From Candidatus Hinthialibacteria bacterium OLB16 (GTDB taxonomy: Bacteria; Hinthialibacterota; Hinthialibacteria; OLB16): DNA of 64,000 nt. Position 1 is the first letter of the stretch, and every line of letters starts with the position of its first letter. Under the pieces are notes generated by a model. It did not search any database, was not told the DNA's origin, and saw only the letters and a list, made by a program, of their open reading frames with translations. The DNA is taken from contig LMZT01000038.1 in the NCBI GenBank assembly GCA_001567115.1, forward strand, positions 9,530 through 73,529, written 5' to 3'. This document shows positions 60,801 through 64,000 of the stretch, piece by piece. The translations under genes were made by a program, and so were the position numbers.

Positions 60801-63800
60801 TGCGATGTAATCAGCACTCTGCCGTCCTTCGCAGGAACCATTTACTGGTCAATGACCAATCCGTTGGTCTGGTCGGAAAATGAAATGGCTGGCATGAACC
60901 TGTGGGATGCCACCTATGTTGCGCAGCCTACTTCAGGCATCAATGCCGCCCTGCCGCATTACCTGGCTGGTTCCAATAATGCGCCGTTCTTCGTCGAACC
61001 GAGGACTCGTGCAAGCGACCTTCTTGGCCCGATTGCTGAACCGGATATCGCATCCTCACCGTCGGGTATTGCGACAGTTGAAGTCTACTATGCGACTGGA
61101 CCGGCCAGCTGCACCACGGTTGCCGGCTTGAGCTTCATCCACCTGGTCTCCCCGATTGGTGTTCGCACCAACGTCGTCGAGGTTCAGGGTGGCGGCTATG
61201 TTCCTCTGTCACTGCCCAGCGCAGCTGTTGAGGCCACACCGGAATTCGCATGGAATACCGCGATTCTGCCGCCGACCATTCTGAATGCGTCGCCGATTAA
61301 CAACTATTACTACCTCAAGACAATCATCAGTGACGGTGCGGGCAATGCACTTGATCCGATCTTCGGACCGTTCATCGTCCTGGATACTCTGTCTCCGGAA
61401 AAACCAATCATCACATGCAAACCTCTCATCGGGACACGTGACGTTTATATCGACTGGGAGCGTCCACCTTATGACAATGTCGGTGTGGTGGGTTATGAAA
61501 TCTGGAGAACAAGGCACCCGGTTGATGATGTGCTCGATGCCAACCTCTCGATATCGTCCTTCGACCTGATCGATGATATCCCGGCGTATGATGCCAATGG
61601 CCTCAGATACACCGAGTATCTGGATCAATCTCGCCCGGCTGAGGGTGTCTATGCGTACTTCATCGCAGCCTACGACGCGGCTGGCAACGGCAAGACTGGT
61701 GGAGCGGGACTCCCGCCGAACAGGTCGAATATCGTCACCGCTGCTCCGTATGACTTGATCGATCCGTATCCAGTCACTGACCTTCGTGTCCGTGCGGGTG
61801 AACCGGGAGATGGAATCCGCCTGTCCTGGAGCGTGCCTAACAAGCCAGGGCCGGATCAGCTGCCTGGACCGTTCCGTCCATTGGGTGATGACGTAGCCAT
61901 TACCGAATGGGAGATCTTCCGTGCAGCACGCCAGACACCGATCACACAGGTGGATATCCTGGATCAGGACCTCGATCCGACCACAAACCCGATCGATGAG
62001 AAGGTCCATATGATCGCACGCTGCCATAACATGCTGGTCTTCGACAACTACGCTCAGAGCTCTCGAGTCCGCCTGCAACTGACAGAGGTGCTGGATGAGC
62101 ACGCAACTATTCTTCCCGCAACTGTCACCAGTTCGGCGTCATCGGCGACCTCCTACCTCCTAGTCTTTATGGAGCCGCTCGATGTAACCAAGGTGACTCT
62201 TGCCAGCCCGCAGATTCCTGCTCACCCGGATGGGCCGGTAACCCGTATTCAGAACATGACCACTGGACAGACCTACAAGTTTGTCCGCAAGGTCAAGCGC
62301 GAAGGCCTCAGCTGGGTTATCGAGATCGAAGCACCGGATGCAGCTTCTCTGCCCAAGATGAACGAAGAAGTCCATGTGGATTACCTCACCGAGGAACGGA
62401 CCTTCGTCGATACGACCGCTGTTCCGGGTTACACCTTTACCTATGCTGTTTTGGCACGGGATGCTGCGGGTAACCGCTCCATCCTCAGCCTGCAGCCTGG
62501 CCCGAACTCCGGTATCGAGCGCACCACCGTGTGCCTGGATACATCCGCTCCAGAGGCAATCGACAGTCTCCTTGCCGATGCTGATTGCGGTGGTGTCACA
62601 GTCTCGTGGCAGGTGCCGCCAGTGGATAATACCGGTGTGGCGGGATATGACGTTTATCGTCGTGAAGGCCTGCTGCCGATCGATGTCCTTTCGCCAACGG
62701 ATCTGATTGCCCAGTTCCAGTTTGCGCATCAGCACATCACGCCGGCAACATCACCAATTAATGTGACTCTTCCGGCCGCCTTCTCGCCGTACCTGCTCAA
62801 GGTGTACGACACCACAACCCAGAAACTGCTGGTGCAGGGTGTCGATTACACTCTTGCAGGTAATTTGATGACATTGACCGTTCAGCAGACCGGCGACTTC
62901 TACCACGGCATTGATGTGGTCAGTTTCGATCCGGCCTACTCGCTCTGGAATGGCTATGGCTTTGATGGACAGTTGAAGTATGTCGATTCATCCATCACTG
63001 AAGGCGCCAAGTACAACTATGTGGTGGTGCCCGTGGATGCCTGGGGCAACGCCGCCTGCATGTCCAACAATGCCTTTGCCGTTGCAGCGGACTGCACACC
63101 GCCGGCAACTCCGGTTGTCTCGGTGAATTCGCTCTGCCCAGGCACGCAGGATGAAGTGCTCGTAACAACACTTGATCCGGATGTCGCACGTGTCTGTGTC
63201 TACGATGCCGCACCGCCACTGGGCGATGTCATCTCCTGCCAGGAAGACCTGGAACGGGATGGAAGCTTCCGCATCCCTGTCGGTGACAACCTCTTCTCTG
63301 GTCTCTGGGTTGTTGCAATCGACTTCCAGGGCAACACAAGCCCGGTCTCAATGGCGTTCAACGATGTGACTCCTCCAGCCGCCGCGATGGCTGCCAATGT
63401 CAACGTGTTCATGAACCCGCCTGGAACAGACGATGCCCTGTCTGTCACCACCGGCGATCCGGATGCTGTCCGCGTGAATGTCTATCGTGATGACAGCCTT
63501 GAAAATCTCGTGGATTCCGCCGCGGATGGCGATGATGGCTTTGTGGATGGTGTCTGGAACCTGAATCTGGGTGACAACCTGTCCAGCACCTTCTTCGTCA
63601 CGATCCTCGATGCGGCCTGCAACGAAAGCGATGACTACGCGATCACCAACGATGTCACTGGACCTTGGGCCTGCACCAAAGTCGAGGTTCAGAACAACAC
63701 AACAGGCTCTGGCTGCATGAGGGTCCCGGTTGAAGATACCCTGACCCTGTGTGTCGGACCGGATGTGGTCATGGTCGATGTCTTTGCGGATGCCTCGCTC

Positions 63801-64000
63801 CTGACACCGGTAACCAGCGCCGCAGTGGCGGTTGGCCCAGCCGGTGGATGCGTCGGCCCGATCCCGATCGGAAACAATGCCAGCTTCATTCCTGGATCAC
63901 TGAATGGCGTCTATGTCGTTGTTGAAGACAGTGCCGGCAACATGAGCCAGGCCGTCTTTGCAGCGATCGACATCTCTGCGCCATTGATCTCCGAACTCTC
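54805..64000 (+). CDS. Giant secreted adhesin-like protein (more than 3060 aa, 3'-partial) built from more than 20 tandem Ig-like repeat units. It has one apparent homopolymer frameshift at ~58317-58323, after which the ORF continues stop-free to the window end.
   Basis: RBS GAGGAGGAG before ATG 54805. Signal peptide MQSMRSALIAGILLLAMVVAFVPASQAAT. Recurring [AT]xDx[AV]GNxS...VxVDxxxP unit ends (TDTVGNTSTCGPVVVTIDVAPP, ATDTVGNVAQCGSIVVTVDNNSP, AEDGSGNVGSTTESYFVDDTASCP, ARDAAGNRSILSL, VPVDAWGNAAC...). Frame 1 ends with garbage at 58452. Frame 0 from ~58320 (DQGGSVTYRQYDDRFIVDFTNVPDETGSGTNTFSITLYE...) has no stop to 64000 by manual translation. Confidence 0.75.

Noticed and set aside
1-64000. 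Search for CRISPR arrays, IS elements, integrases, toxin-antitoxin pairs or phage genes
   Set aside because: None of these were found by reading both strands: no regularly spaced direct repeats, no transposase or integrase-like ORFs, no terminal inverted repeats flanking a transposase-sized ORF. The only repeats are the short REP-like palindromes.

Overview
This is a high-GC (~60%) bacterial chromosomal segment. LpxD and Tat- and lipoprotein-type signal peptides point to a Gram-negative organism, possibly an uncultured PVC-like lineage, though that is only a guess. The window mixes housekeeping genes with accessory ones. Housekeeping: tRNA-Val, thrS, infC, rpmI, rplT, pheS, class II RNR nrdJ, fumC, trpF, lpxD and comM/yifB. 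Accessory: a three-gene His-rich heavy-metal RND efflux module; several glycoside hydrolases with CBM4/9-like domains and an AraR-type regulator; a periplasmic sugar-oxidoreductase operon (AKR, DUF6807/PmoA-like, Tat-exported Gfo/Idh/MocA) next to a ThuA-like protein and an enolase-superfamily enzyme; a cluster of radical-SAM/SPASM enzyme, tandem thioredoxin-like lipoprotein and small kinase-like protein; and two giant surface proteins (a 2280-aa WD40/Big_2/dockerin protein and an Ig-like-repeat adhesin of more than 3000 aa that runs off the window). The main technical observation is that at least eight genes, including essential ones (nrdJ twice, fumC, infC/rpmI), are broken by plus or minus 1 frameshifts that all sit in homopolymer runs. 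The conserved protein reads straight through once a single base is added or removed. This looks like assembly error from a homopolymer-prone platform, not pseudogenisation, and it makes the ORF track fragment or miss real genes, notably the 5.5-kb 3' part of the giant adhesin. REP-like palindromic repeats occur in two intergenic regions and generate spurious SRFRGNDG-type ORFs. No CRISPR array, IS element or prophage was recognised.
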